DNA of 64,000 nucleotides from Harriotta raleighana (taxonomy: Eukaryota), in contig JBNZDD010013503.1 of the NCBI GenBank assembly GCA_050575255.1, positions 528,515 to 592,514 of the forward strand, given 5' to 3'. The notes below the pieces were generated by a model. The model saw only the letters and a list, made by a program, of their open reading frames with translations. It had not been told where the DNA came from and made no database searches. Numbering within the stretch: position 1 is the stretch's first letter; every line of letters starts with the position of its first letter. Positions 53,001-64,000 of the stretch are shown one piece after another. The translations under genes and the position numbers were made by a program.

Positions 53001-56000
53001 CTTTTAGGACAGATTTGCAGAACTCACTGTTTTACTTCAAATTCCAGTCTTAAAACAGGAACAACCCCCTCGCTGCTGTCTGAAAACCTTTGGAGATATT
53101 TAGGAAAATATGTCAGCACCTTGCTCATAGCTACTGACGTACAGTCCCTGTCTTGTAGTTACTGTCTCAGTCCCTCAGAGAAATTTTGAGACATTGTTTT
53201 CTGGGGAGAGCAGCTTATGAAGTGTAAAGGTTAAAATGGGTGAGGTGTAATATGATAAATGTGACCTTTGTCTCCTGCAACACTGCTGTCAGTTACAATC
53301 CTAATTATTTTGCCCATGTGTGAACAACATCCCCAGCCATGTTAATTGCCCTTCCTGGGATGGAAAAATTATTAGTCTGGCTACATCCATTCCTTCAGGG
53401 TCAACCTTCAGAGTTTTGAAAAGATTCTTATGGATGTGATGTTGAAAGCAATGAAGAATTAATATTGATTCCTGTGTATTGATTTTTGTGTGCATTTTTG
53501 AATATTTCTGCAGTGGTTTTATTTCTGTCTGTCTTTTTCTCTCTTTCTCAACTCACCTCCAGTTTCACTCTCCACTACTCTTGTGGTGATTGTAAGCCAC
53601 CACCCACCCACTCGGTAGCCCACCTAAAATAGGATGACAGCTTCAGCAGCACTACAGCTTGCTCTGCCTTCAAGTTTATTGCTGATTGTGTTGTAGCTTC
53701 GTGGCCCCATCTCCTCCAACCTCGCCCGACTCCGTTGGCTTCCCATCACCCAGAGGATTCAATTCCAAATCCTGATCCTCACATTTCAAAGCCCTCCATG
53801 GCCTCACCCCATCCTACCTCTGCGACCTCCTAAGCCCCTCCCAACCTGCTCACCTCCTCTACTCAGCAGACTCTGGCCTGCTGAACATCCCCCAATCCTA
53901 CCCGCCCCACTATTGGCGGGTAAGGCTCCAACAACTCTGCTCCCACCCTCTGGAACTCCATCCTGCTGTCCCCCTGCCTCGCCCTCTATCTGGCCTCCTT
54001 CAAGATCCTGCCTCAAGACCCTCCTCTTCAACGGTCCCATTGGTCATCCCAAATACCTCCCTTTCCCTCCACCCTCCCCGTCCCCAACCCCAAGTAGGGT
54101 CTGAAACAATGATGGTCCATCACCTTGTTCCGTCCTCCTGACGTGAAAAGCACTATACAAATATAATTTTGTTGTTAAAGCTATTTTCCCTGTTGCAATC
54201 TCTGCTCTTTAGTTCTACTAACTGAGAACATTTAATTCTCAGAAATCCCATTAAAAGCATGCAACAACACACATTGTGTGGCATTAGCGAGAGGTCTGTT
54301 AGATCTCATTGAAAAGGAGGTAATCCTGCTTTCATTTCACATATTCATGATACTGGAACATGAATAACAACCGAATCTAAATCGCAAATGGAAATTCCTC
54401 ATGGAAATCATAGACATATCTTGCTGACCCCAAGAACTTTACTCCAATGCTTACAGAGCAGATGTACTAGGGTCAGAGTGATGTCCTGTATATTTGGTTA
54501 CCGAAAGGAGTCTCCATTTGTGATTGAAATGTTATTAAGAAATCCTGATGGAAATCACCTCACTGTATTCCGAATAGAGATTCACCTTTTTAGATGGATT
54601 AATTTAATCTCATTTCAGAATTTTTAAAAAATCATTTGAGGTTCAGTGACACAACCAATACAGTCTTATAAAAACCAGTGCAGTGTAAACCGTACTTTTA
54701 CATGGTGAGTTTTCTAGAAGGATGAGAATAAGCATATTTTGCTGCTGTATGTCAGTGGGTAAGAACTAAATCCCAAGCACAGTAATATCTAGTGCTGTCA
54801 TTGAATTCACTGACAAGCAAACCACTGAAGCCTTGCTTGTGCTTTAGGCCAGGATTATCTGTCTCTGTGGCTTCAATACAGTGAACCTCCAGAATTATTG
54901 TCAATTTATTGTCAAATTTGTCCCAAACACTTATTCTTTGAGGCTGAAACTGATGTGCCACGAGTCTAAAGGTATTCGATTCATTCTTATGTTATTTTGT
55001 TTTTCAGTGCTCATTTTTGCCCAAGTTCTCCATTCATATAGAAACCAAATATGAGGATAACAATGGATCGAATGATAATGTAAGTAGTCATGTGCTTCAA
55101 TTATTATTTCTGTTTCATGTCATTGAGATTTTAATAATAAACAATCCTTGCATTTGATTCAGTGCCTTATCACATCTTTGAGATGTCCCAGAGCTCGTCA
55201 CAGTATATACTGTAAAGTCTGTTGACTGTGTATTTTTCTAGTCACTCGATGGCTCCCACTGTTGGCCTCAGCTTGCGGGCCTGTCCACTCACCGGAGGAC
55301 AGAACATGGAGTGTAGGGGAATGGAAAACAAATAGCCTAATGAAGGCCTCACAATAAAGACCTTGCTGCCATGTAATTCTCGTTAATTAAGCCAATCTTT
55401 GTTTGCCATGATTCAACCCCAAATTGTTTAATAATTTATACATTAACTGAGGTACCGCTGTGTGCTGTTCTAACATTGACCTATAGCAATACGCTGTACT
55501 TATTCTCATCCTTCAAAAAAACACACCCTCAATTCTTCCCATTTCTGCACCAAGTTGCTTCTTAAATAAGTCCGATATACTAGCCTCCACTATCCCAACT
55601 ATTGATTGCTCTCTATATAAAGAAATACTTCCTGATTTCGATTCTAAAATTGTCCTTCACACCCGTAAACCTGTATTGTTCTTTGCTCTTCCCTTGTTAC
55701 ATGCAGTGAAATAAAACCTGATATCACTGCAGTTCAGACAATGTAGTACAACATAGTAGGATTGCGCTTCAATTCAAATCACATGATTCAATCACAGCAG
55801 CCTACAATCCATCACTGTCCAGCATTAAAAACATTGCCATAAATAGAATAAACTCATACTCCACCTCATACATAACATTAACACAGGCAAGAGTGTAAAT
55901 CAAGGACATAACACATTAAGGCTGGTACCTGACATGGATAAATTGCTTGATCATCTCTTCAATGCTTTTTGCCATACATTGCAACTCTTTGACGTATTAC

Positions 56001-59000
56001 TGCATTTTACATTGTTCAACATGCATATGGTCTACCTGATCCATGAATCAAGCTGTTATGAGCTGTTTTGTGGATGCAGAAGATGCAGGCTTGAATCCCC
56101 TGTTGTCAGTAGTTAAAGGCTTGTTTGGTTTCAGCCTTGATGTCTATCTTATGTTGATGATTGCAACTAAAGATTCATCATCTTAGTTGCCGGGTAATCA
56201 GGTTAGGCCCTGCAATGGGGATTAAAGCTCCCAGCATTGATGTACCTTTTGCCAAATCTGCTTGTATTTCTCCGGTGTGGTGGTGTCAAATAGTCACAAA
56301 TAAGGATAAGAATACGTAAGGTTGTTCTAAACACACATCTGCTATAGGACATCGGGCTGTGGTACTTATAAGTTTATAAGAAATGCATGTAAAAGGTTCT
56401 GCTGCAGAACAAATGTGACTTTTGCCAATGTACCCACATGGACATTCACAGAGAGAGAAAAAACGTCAGGGTAGCAGAGTGTCAGTGCTAATAGCTTCAT
56501 TGGTAAATGAACAGAAACAAAGTGAGATCAGAAAAGCTTACAGTTGCTTTGCCCAGGCCTGCCATCTAGTGGGTACTGTATTTTTAAAGGGGGTGAATCT
56601 TTGATATAATATAGCAATAAGTGTACAAGTGTGTGTAACCTCAGACAGATTACTCCCATTTGGAGGTGGAGATAGGTGGAGAGCAACAGTGAAGGGAAGG
56701 CATACATTTAATCCACTTGAGTTTGCACACCCACTCCAACAATCTATCTCTGGAATTTCCATGTGTGGGTGGGATGTGAAATTCTCAGCTTGGTTTGTAT
56801 ACACTTAAACCGTGATGGGTTTCTGCATGTGACCCCCCAAAAATGGTCTTGCACATGAAATGGCACCACAGCATTCATTGACAGGTTTGTTTAAAAAGAC
56901 GCAATCCCTAAATCCAGCAGAAGCTGTTTTGCCTCTGGACTTTGCTTTCCTTTTTTTGTGTCAGGAAACATCCCGAAAATACAATGGTGACCAAAAAACG
57001 CAATTTCTGGTTTGTGAGTGTCCCCAGTTCACACCACATTGTTATCGATGTGAATGGCTGCAGTGACCTTGATCACATGCCCAATAAAGAGTAGCCATGT
57101 TTGCCTCAGTAAACATTTGAATGTGGGTACAGAGATGCTAACATTAAATCCGAGCTGGGGGTCGATATTGGGGTGAGTGGAGGGCAAGGAGGGTAGCAGG
57201 GTGGCTCGGTTGAAGAGGAGCAGAACTTTACCTTACACTTAGTAGCTCTTATCTGTTAAACTTTACAGTTTCAGATTATGTCATACAAACTAAGCAGTTG
57301 CCATTTATTGGGGATGGATACATAACCAATTAGAGAGGCTTGAAAACATAAGTATCACTTGTCCTTTATATGAGTAATAAAACCTTTTCTGATTCCTAGG
57401 ATTAAATGTATTGAATAATTCTAGAGGTCGTCTCACATTGATCCAATATACTTTCAGGCTTTGCTTCATACAATCTGTTAAACCTTTTGTCCTATACCAG
57501 ACATAAGGCGACTTTGATCTATCTTGAAATGCCATTGCTAAACCTTTCACATCAAACAGACTGCCAATCACCCTGGAACCGTGCAAAAATCCAATTAAAC
57601 TAAAAATTCACCATCTGGTACAGGCTACAAACTGTGAAAAGTACTCACTCACTGTAAAGCATACATTTAATTTGCTTTTTTCAAGTAATTTTGAGTTCCA
57701 ACTAGGCAAGTACTGTGAAACGTATCAGTGCTTTGTAGTACTGTAGTAAGCTACAATCTTACCTCGATTGTATTCCAGCAAATGTCAGTCATCAATGAAC
57801 CATTAACTATTTTAAAATTTGTTTTATTATATATTTAGATCTTCAACACAGAGGCAAAAGATCTTGAAAGAGAGGTGTGCTTTGTCGATATTGCGTATGA
57901 TGAAATTCCTGAACGCTACTACAAAGACTCTGAAGTAAGTGAACAGAAAAGTAAACATTTACACTGTACCAACAATTGTTCATCTGGTTATGGGTTAAAA
58001 TCCTGTGTTTGGAGCTGATTTCACTGACAAGGCAATGGAGAGGACTACATTATTGGATGCAGTTCAGCTGCTAACTATTCCAATCTAAGACAAAGATCCA
58101 CGACACTAGTCCACATAAAAACTATTCTCTCTGTCCTATCCCTACAAACACTGCAGTTTACAGTAATTATTTGTGAAGTATTGTGAGGCATTTCAACTTA
58201 ATAAGATGTTGTAACAAATAACATAATTAAAACATCTGCTCATTCCTGTCAGGGTTTTTCTTTCCTTGGTTGATGTAATATTTCTACATTAGTTAATTTC
58301 CTAGCTCAGTGAATAGTTAACTCGATTCAGAGCATTTTTGTCATTAACTGATTTATACTCTGATTGGATTAAAAGTGCTTTCCAGCCCTATTCACCAATT
58401 CATTTTTCTTCTGTACAAATAACTGTCCTTATTAAGAACAAACCTGCAAAAAATCCGTAGTTACTAACACCAGGGATAAGTCTCTCAAGAAGGTTTGTTA
58501 CACAGAGATCCTGTTATTATTCTTTTCCAGAATTATTCTGAAAGGTAATGCTTTGGTTGAGGGAAGAAGTCTACCTTTGAAGTTCAATAAGAAGATCTTA
58601 TCAATTAGATCAATTCAGATCTTGTTAAAATTCAGACCATCTTTATTCATTTTTCACCATGATGTCCCAACCTATTATTGATCAAAAGAAATCCGAGTAC
58701 AGTATTATTAAAGGCTCACACAATACCCACTTTAGAGTGGTTGGCAATGATGCAAGTACCATACAAGTCAGCGCAGTGTAGGGCTCCTCTGCTTTAATTA
58801 TCCCAACCTAATGAGATGTTTGGCAAATGGATGTTAATTTGTTTGCGAGGATTTATGCCTGAAATATCGTTTAGCTTTCATCTCTTCATCTCCATGTTTT
58901 GTATCTGGATTATGTCTAAACTGGTACAGTACTTTGTCTCTCGTCTGACGAGTCATGTTATAAAAATGCTAAATAGTTGGAAGGCACAATTTATTCATAA

Positions 59001-62000
59001 CTCTTTTTTCCTCCTGTTGTTTTCACGTTTACATGAAGTACATTGGTCTAAGTTTAACAGGAATCCTTAATAAGAAATTAATGTTGTTTGAAATCAATGT
59101 ATTTTAAAGCCCAATTTGCACAGTAAAGTCCTTATGTCACATTTACTAAATACTATTTAATCACATTATTTACATTTACTAAATACTAAAACACAGCAGC
59201 ATTGGTGTTAAATGTATTGGTGCTGGTCATTTTTCAGTTTGCCTTTCTGATGTTATTATATTTTGTTATTATTGTAAGTTAAAATGGACATATTTATGCT
59301 CCTAAGCACTGACGATGAAGAGGAAAAAAGTTTTCTCTCCCTCCTGAAGGTGAAGCTCAGTACAATAATATTTTTTGCATTTGATATGGCGCCTTACCAT
59401 GTCTTTGAGACATCTCAAAGCATTTAGGAACATAAGGAACAGGAGTAGGCCATTCAGCCCTTTGAGCCTGTTTCGCCATTCAATTAGATCACTTCCCAGT
59501 ATAAAATTTAAAGTTAATTGACTGTATATTTTGTGGGCGAAACTCAGCATCCAATTGTGCACAGCAGTGTCCCACAAATAGTCTTGGATTGAGTAACTAA
59601 ATTAATTTTATTTTGAAGGAATTTTTAGCCCCAGAAAAGTGATCCATCAATCAACTAACAACTTACTGCTAGGTTGATAGAGGCTTGTGGAGTAATGAAA
59701 CTTACCCAACATTTTGCCCTGCCAGGAATTGAACCTGGGCCCTAACTCTAACCACTAAACTGCAGGACTTCACATTTCTTCACTTGGCATTTCTCAAGCG
59801 CTGCGAACTCAGCAGCTCTGCCAAGGCTGGGTGTTTGCCATGTTGGGAGCTCCATAGCTTTTGATGGCCTTGAAGTGTTAAAAGCCAGCAACTATTTTTT
59901 TCTACAGTGAAAAATGGTTTGGCTGCTGGAATTGTGAGTTAAATCCACTATGCACATTCCTTTTGTTTTTCATTTCTGATGTGATTTTATGTTGACCATT
60001 TTATTGTTTTTTCTCAAAGCACCAATGTTACACTGTTCAATTGACCTCCAACAACATATATTGGTCAGACTTTTGCACAGAATAAATCTTGCCTGAGCAA
60101 AGTCTCCCAACTCATTAATTGAATCTGACAGGTCAATTAGTGGTTTTAGAATAATGATGACTGTTTACTTCCTTCAGCTTTCATAAATATATAGCTGGTT
60201 GAGTTGACATCTTTCTTTTTCAATCTATCAATTGCAAATTTGTTCAGGAAAGATTTAGCTGTCTGCAGATTTGATCGGAGTAATGACATTTAAATCAAAT
60301 TCCTGTTCACAATTACCAACACATTGAACATCATTTCCTTTGTGTAGTTCGTCCCAACGTTTGTTTGGCTTTACCTTTCAGACGTCGCAGGGATTGAATA
60401 TCACACTTATCCGAGGGGCTGTGTCTTTCATGGCTCTGTCTTTCATGGCTCTGTTAACCTATTGGTAGCGATATCAATCCAAACAGAACAAGCTGGGAAT
60501 GTCCCATCAGATCAATCAGCATCTGAAAGTAAAAGACAGGTTATTATTTCTGTGTGACATTTTGTCTCAACACTTCTGACTTCTGGTACCCTTGAACACT
60601 CACACTGTGGCAGGAAAATAACCAAATTGTTCCTAAGAGTTCACCAATAGCAATTAATTGTTAATAGTATGATTAGTTTTACTTCGATAATACCCTGACA
60701 CATTTCTCAACCTCTCCTTTCAAACACAATGTGGCCAGCATATTAAAATTGGAAACTGAGAGGGTGTCTCGAGCCTTTGTAAGCTTCATGAGCTCATCAC
60801 AGTCAATATTATTATATCCATTATCACACACAGAATGGAGCTCAGGCTTGAACAATAAATCGTCAGGTGGTGTAAAAAATATCATTTGTAATTAAGATAT
60901 ATTACCAGCTGCAAAAACATTCAGTGTTGCCCTATGCCAGGATGTCTTCATTTCTCAAATAGAAACAAATGTCAACATTTTGGCAAAGAAAATAAATGAT
61001 AATGCTTGATCTGAACAGAAACTTTAACAATTGTACTGAAAACACACAACGCAAACAGATATCTAGAACTGAATTACCTCATTCACGTCCCAGAGCAAAG
61101 GGAGCGAGAGCCAGCTCAATGGATGGTGGACGTATGTGGACTTGCATCCAAAGAAGCACAAACATTAATAATAAATGGAACACACTTGTTTTCCTGCTCT
61201 TGTTACATTGGGGGTGTGGGCTGGAGCTATAGATGTTGACTGTATCTGTAGACTACAGAGCTTTGGAATGCCCCCTGACATGAAAGGCGCTATACAAATG
61301 TAATTTTGTATTGTAGTTGTTTGGAGTGAGTTTTTATTGTCACTCACTGTATTTCAGGATCTCAGGTACTTCAAGTCAGAGAAGACACAGCGAGGCATGC
61401 TGACAGAAGGCTGGAGAGACACTCAGAAGCCAATCATGTGCTCCTACAAACTGGTGACTGTCAAATTTGAAGTCTGGGGACTTCAGACAAGAGTAGAACA
61501 ATTTGTACATAAGGTCAGTCAGTGGTGACAATGTGGGAAATCTACCCGGGTGTTTTATTCCCTCATTTTACATTTGTTCTTATTTCTCCTGCTTTTGGCC
61601 TGAGCCACTCACTCATTCCCAGCTGCCAGGACAGTGGAGGAATTGACTCCCCTGCTTATGCCAATCTATTGCTCATCTGAGAGCATCCCATAGATATCTC
61701 AGTTATTAGTGCTCCCATACGAGACATAGCAGCTCATTGTCGCTCCTAATGACATGGCTCAGATAGGAAACTTGCTTCGCAGGTAACGTCTCATTTGATT
61801 CTGTGAACAATGTGAAGAAAGATCTTTGTATGGTGCTCTATCACTTCAACGTGTCTGAGTGCTTCTCAGGTAATTACTGTCAAGTGAATGTGATTGTTTT
61901 TTGTGAGGCAACCATTACCCTTGTATTGTTTCACAAATTTAAATGATCCGTAATTTTATGAACATTTAGTCAGCTCCAAAATATGAATCTTGGGGCTATG

Positions 62001-63836
62001 ACAACTAGTGATACAACAAGTAGCGAGTTGTGAGTATGGGATTTTACTTGGCTGCCTGTCCAAAACAGCCCGACTTTTTTGTACTATGTGTAATACTCAC
62101 TTATAACCACAGGGCGACGATGTGCCACAAATCGAGTAGTATATCGCAGTGGCACCCAGTGTTTGGGATGAGATACTGCTTAACATTTCCCTGTGGAAGT
62201 TTTGTTATCCAGTATTTCCTCCTAAGGCAGTTTAAAATAAACATGAGAACATGGGTGATGGGGGGGTCACATCGGGGAGTAACTCAAAAGAACTTTACAT
62301 TGGGTGTGGAAGGAATGGGCGCTTGCTTGATGGGAGGAGTGAGATAACATAACATAAGAAATGCTTGCCGAAAAAAGACCAGGGTCGCATACCAATGTTT
62401 TGTTTTCTGTTTCCACGTTGCGGCTTTGAAAAGCCTTGGGAACAGGTAGCCCTAATGTCCTCGGCAGATAAGTAGAAGACGGAAATGGATTGAAAATACA
62501 CCCAATTTAAATTAGATTCTATAATATATATAGATTCATATAGATATAATACAGATACATGTGAGAGAGAGAGAAAGAAGCCAATGAGCTTTGTATAAAT
62601 GTGTTTATTTGTATTCAGAAATTGTTTATTGAGGATTCAATGACTTATTCACATTCTCAGGTTATCCGGGATATTCTGCTGATCGGCCACCGACAAGCCT
62701 TTGCCTGGGTGGACGAGTGGTATGGTAAGTGGAACCGAACCGTTCAATTGTATTCTTGTTTGCCCGGCATGCAATTCTCAATAGGTCTTCCACTCGAAGC
62801 ATGGCAGGAAGATTTGGCTGATGCACTCTCTCACCCTGCTATAAACTGGTGGTGTTTCCACAAGAATACAGTCTAAAATATATAACTGTATTCTTGCAGA
62901 TAGTCTCATACGTTCAATGAATGAACAATGAATTTTCTGAGGTCTTTTGCTTTCTTTGCAAACTAATTAGCTGTCGTCCTCTGTTACTAATAACTCCAGA
63001 TCTGTTCTGTTCTGTATAGTGTGTCTGCAAAGTGTATCAAATTTCAATTGCAGGTAAAGTTATGTAGAAATGTGTCTTAAGGAGAAACAGGAGGTGAAAC
63101 CCACCTGTCTTTATCGACTATCAAAGGTCTCGCTCTCTGTTTGAAAGGATTGCTTAACCAACCTCAGAAGGCATTCATTGTACACTGGTTTCCCTGTGTT
63201 AGGTATTGATCAGAGAAGTCTTTAATGTAAGCTTACCGTGTTGTAAATTACAAGTGTGTTTTTAAACAGAAGATAGGATGAATAGTTTGATGTAGAAATC
63301 TGTATTGTTGATTTAGGGGGTTTGTAGCTTCTTCTGAAAGAAGGTTCTTTGCCTTATATTTTCACCAAAAGCTTTACCTACCAAATACCTTGCACACACT
63401 CTGAACCCTGTGCTCCCCTCTTTTTCCCTGACTCTCCCAAGAACTCAGCTCCTGCTACACTTTTTTTCCCAATCCCTTTCCCTCTTACTGTCTGAACTAA
63501 CTTTATGACTCGCTCATCATAAAGCTAGTGCTCCTTCCTGCTTCTTGGAACCATCCATGTCTGCACCTCGAACCGCATTTCCCTTTTATTAGTGGTTATT
63601 ATTTATCGGTTTCATCTCCCAGAAACCGTTACATGCCTCGAGTTCAATGTCCTCTCCATAGAACATGCCAACATCTTGGACTTTTTACAGATATGACTAT
63701 GGATGATGTGCGGATGTACGAAAAAAACATGCATGAACAAACGAACATAAAAGTTTGGTTTGATCAGCCTTCCACAAATTCGCCTTCCACAAATTCTTCT
63801 CCCATGGATGAAATACAGAGCGATGACAACGCAAGC
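28909..63836 (+). CDS. PITPNC1: PITPNC1 (cytoplasmic phosphatidylinositol transfer protein 1, RdgB-beta), partial multi-exon gene: exons 2-8 plus short-isoform exon
   Basis: The spliced translation is [233 protein letters not shown]..., nearly identical to vertebrate PITPNC1 as I recall it. The inositol-binding T/K (YTEK) and E/N (EKAWN) residues of PITP domains are present. All introns are GT-AG with compatible phases. Confidence 0.97.
30847..30997 (+). mobile_element. SINE family A core plus tail
   Basis: Family core and (att)n tail. Confidence 0.85.
31145..31384 (-). mobile_element. SINE family A, head and core without tail
   Basis: Ends in ccactgagctacaggac (reverse A-box head). Confidence 0.85.
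32635..32699 (+). mobile_element. L2 LINE tail-only insertion
   Basis: cagcgccttgggacatcctcccgacgtgaaaggcgctctataaatgtaaatttgttgttgttgtt; ttcaag on both sides is a possible TSD. Confidence 0.85.
33562..33584. repeat. (AT)n microsatellite (duplicate at 35059-35081)
   Basis: 23-nt alternating AT run. Confidence 0.9.
33727..33815 (+). CDS. PITPNC1: PITPNC1 coding exon 3 (89 nt), copy 1
   Basis: Acceptor tttatttacag|C, donor ACAG|gtgaga; encodes (S)[29 protein letters not shown](E). Confidence 0.95.
33996..34102 (-). mobile_element. SINE family A tail (duplicate at about 35493-35599)
   Basis: aataataataatccttgcatttgatatagctctttttacgtcttctagacatctcaaagcacttcacag. Confidence 0.85.
35224..35312 (+). 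CDS. PITPNC1: PITPNC1 exon 3, identical second copy (probable assembly duplicate)
   Basis: Same sequence and splice sites as 33727-33815, shifted by 1497 bp, within the duplicated block after the N at 34196. Confidence 0.6.
35755..35900 (+). mobile_element. Degraded CR1-clade LINE ORF2 C-terminus and 3' UTR
   Basis: Translates [31 protein letters not shown], matching the typical CR1 end motif (V..WN.LP...FK..LD). Confidence 0.7.
38597..38771. repeat. 87-bp tandem duplication around the N at 38684
   Basis: 38597-38683 vs 38685-38771, with one difference (ttattGgtaa vs ttattCgtaa). Confidence 0.92.
39793..39800 (+). CDS. PITPNC1: PITPNC1 exon 4, 8-nt microexon AATATACG
   Basis: ggtacag|AATATACG|gtgagt with an upstream pyrimidine tract (about 39744-39774). 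It supplies (G)AA TAT ACG = E-Y-T, exactly the residues and phase needed between exon 3 (..YTIT) and exon 5 (CSFLPK..). Confidence 0.92.
40301..40596 (-). mobile_element. Full-length SINE family A
   Basis: Runs from the (att)n tail to ccactgagcttcaggactgt; B box gggttcaattcc on the minus strand. Confidence 0.9.
40809..40926. mobile_element. Tc1/mariner-type MITE, 118 bp
   Basis: 24-bp TIRs cagggtgaccaaaaggtcgtgata / tatcacgactttttgatcaccctg with 2 mismatches; TA on the right flank and TG on the left. Confidence 0.82.
41512..41662. mobile_element. Short Penelope-associated repeat with 12-bp TSD
   Basis: Flanked by tagaagtttgtg at 41500-41511 and 41663-41674. The body aacaaaaacagaagttgctgaggaaactcagcaggtcaggcagcatcc resembles an abundant chondrichthyan repeat (family assignment from recall). 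Confidence 0.7.
45925..46114 (+). mobile_element. Degraded L2 3' end
   Basis: tctcaagatcttcttctttgactgtgccttcggcc...gatgtgaaatgccttatacaaatataatgctgttg. Confidence 0.7.
49020..49307 (-). mobile_element. Degraded L2 ORF2 C-terminal fragment
   Basis: The minus frame reads [20 protein letters not shown], homologous to the other L2 copies. Confidence 0.75.
50161..51140 (-). mobile_element. 5'-truncated L2-clade LINE (longest copy), frameshifted RT remnant
   Basis: [11 protein letters not shown] with YADD at 51119-51130, then [60 protein letters not shown], the 3' UTR and (GTT)n tail. Confidence 0.95.
51717..52010 (-). mobile_element. L2 3' fragment
   Basis: KTLLFDYAF terminus plus the family tail. 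Confidence 0.82.
52354..52440. mobile_element. Older relative of the 41512 repeat
   Basis: aaatgctggaaatctacagcagatcagtcagcatctg...ttcacgtttcag...catcagaa. Confidence 0.5.
53706..54176 (+). mobile_element. 5'-truncated L2 LINE
   Basis: tggcttcccatcacccagaggattcaattccaaatcctgatcctcac ([16 protein letters not shown]) through LKTLLF and the tail. Confidence 0.88.
55008..55079 (+). CDS. PITPNC1: PITPNC1 coding exon 5 (72 nt)
   Basis: ttgtttttcag|TGC ... AAT|gtaagt; encodes [24 protein letters not shown]. Confidence 0.96.
55133..55233 (-). mobile_element. SINE tail about 55 bp downstream of exon 5
   Basis: aatccttgcatttgattcagtgccttatcacatctttgagatgtccc...actgtaaagt. Confidence 0.72.
56559..56572 (-). 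promoter_or_regulatory. Candidate CTCF site
   Basis: The minus strand reads CCACTAGATGGCAG, a full match to the core CCASYAGRKGGCRS; motif evidence only. Confidence 0.45.
57839..57934 (+). CDS. PITPNC1: PITPNC1 coding exon 6 (96 nt)
   Basis: atatttag|ATC ... GAA|gtaagt; encodes [32 protein letters not shown]. Confidence 0.96.
59364..59769 (-). mobile_element. SINE family A-like element interrupted by a CR1/HER1-type tail (59426-59491)
   Basis: SINE tail, core and head are all present. The insert is aggaacataaggaacaggagtaggccattcagccctttgagcctgtttcgccattcaattagatca. Confidence 0.8.
61255..61322 (+). mobile_element. L2 tail-only remnant just upstream of exon 7
   Basis: cagagctttggaatgccccctgacatgaaaggcgctatacaaatgtaattttgtattgtagttgtt. 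Confidence 0.78.
61358..61513 (+). CDS. PITPNC1: PITPNC1 coding exon 7 (156 nt)
   Basis: gtatttcag|GAT ... AAG|gtcagt; encodes [52 protein letters not shown] (inside track ORF 61337..61528). Confidence 0.97.
62661..62724 (+). CDS. PITPNC1: PITPNC1 coding exon 8 (64 nt)
   Basis: cattctcag|GTT ... TATG|gtaagt; encodes [21 protein letters not shown](D). Confidence 0.97.
63691..63836 (+). CDS. PITPNC1: PITPNC1 short-isoform (sp2-type) exon, 146 nt
   Basis: ctttttacag|AT ATG; encodes (D)[48 protein letters not shown], matching the recalled mammalian short-isoform tail ([22 protein letters not shown]..). Candidate donor AGC|gtatgt at 63837; read-through stops at TGA 63843-63845. Confidence 0.88.
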
Positions 63837-64000
63837 GTATGTTGATGTTTTTTCTAAAAACCAAACTTGAAAAACTTCCCTCTCTTATAGTTTTATCGAT
63901 TATTTGAATGCTTTTCCCCCATTTCAAAGTATCTTTGGAAATGTGGAAAAAGATAGGCAGGTCTTTATTCTACAATTGCTGAACATTCTCTGCTCACCCA

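Noticed and set aside
63528-63690. Upstream part of track ORF 63528..63845 as coding
   Set aside because: PITPNC1 similarity starts only after the acceptor at 63690; the upstream part is pyrimidine-rich intron.

Overview
This is AT-rich vertebrate genomic DNA, not prokaryotic. The repeat content (Deu-domain SINEs, L2 LINEs, HER1/CR1-type tails, a shark-type Penelope-associated repeat) points to a cartilaginous fish, by inference. The whole window appears to lie inside one plus-strand gene, PITPNC1 (RdgB-beta, class IIB phosphatidylinositol transfer protein). I assembled coding exons 2-8 plus the short-isoform exon by hand, all with GT-AG boundaries and a continuous frame: 28909-29057, 33727-33815, 39793-39800 (8-nt microexon), 55008-55079, 57839-57934, 61358-61513, 62661-62724, 63691-63836. 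I did not find exon 1 or the long-isoform last exon, so they presumably lie outside the window. Three single-N junctions (6166, 34196, 38684) each separate two near-identical tandem copies. These look like unmerged contig overlaps, and one of them duplicates exon 3. The rest is intron with SINE/LINE/MITE debris, and nearly all ORF-track entries are spurious or LINE remnants. I found no convincing new biological system. The best leads are the microexon, the short-isoform cassette exon, a 97-bp inverted duplication at a LINE 5' end, a 47-bp orphan inverted repeat and a decayed hammerhead-like motif. Repeat boundaries are by eye (about +/-10 bp) and family names are from recall, not database searches.
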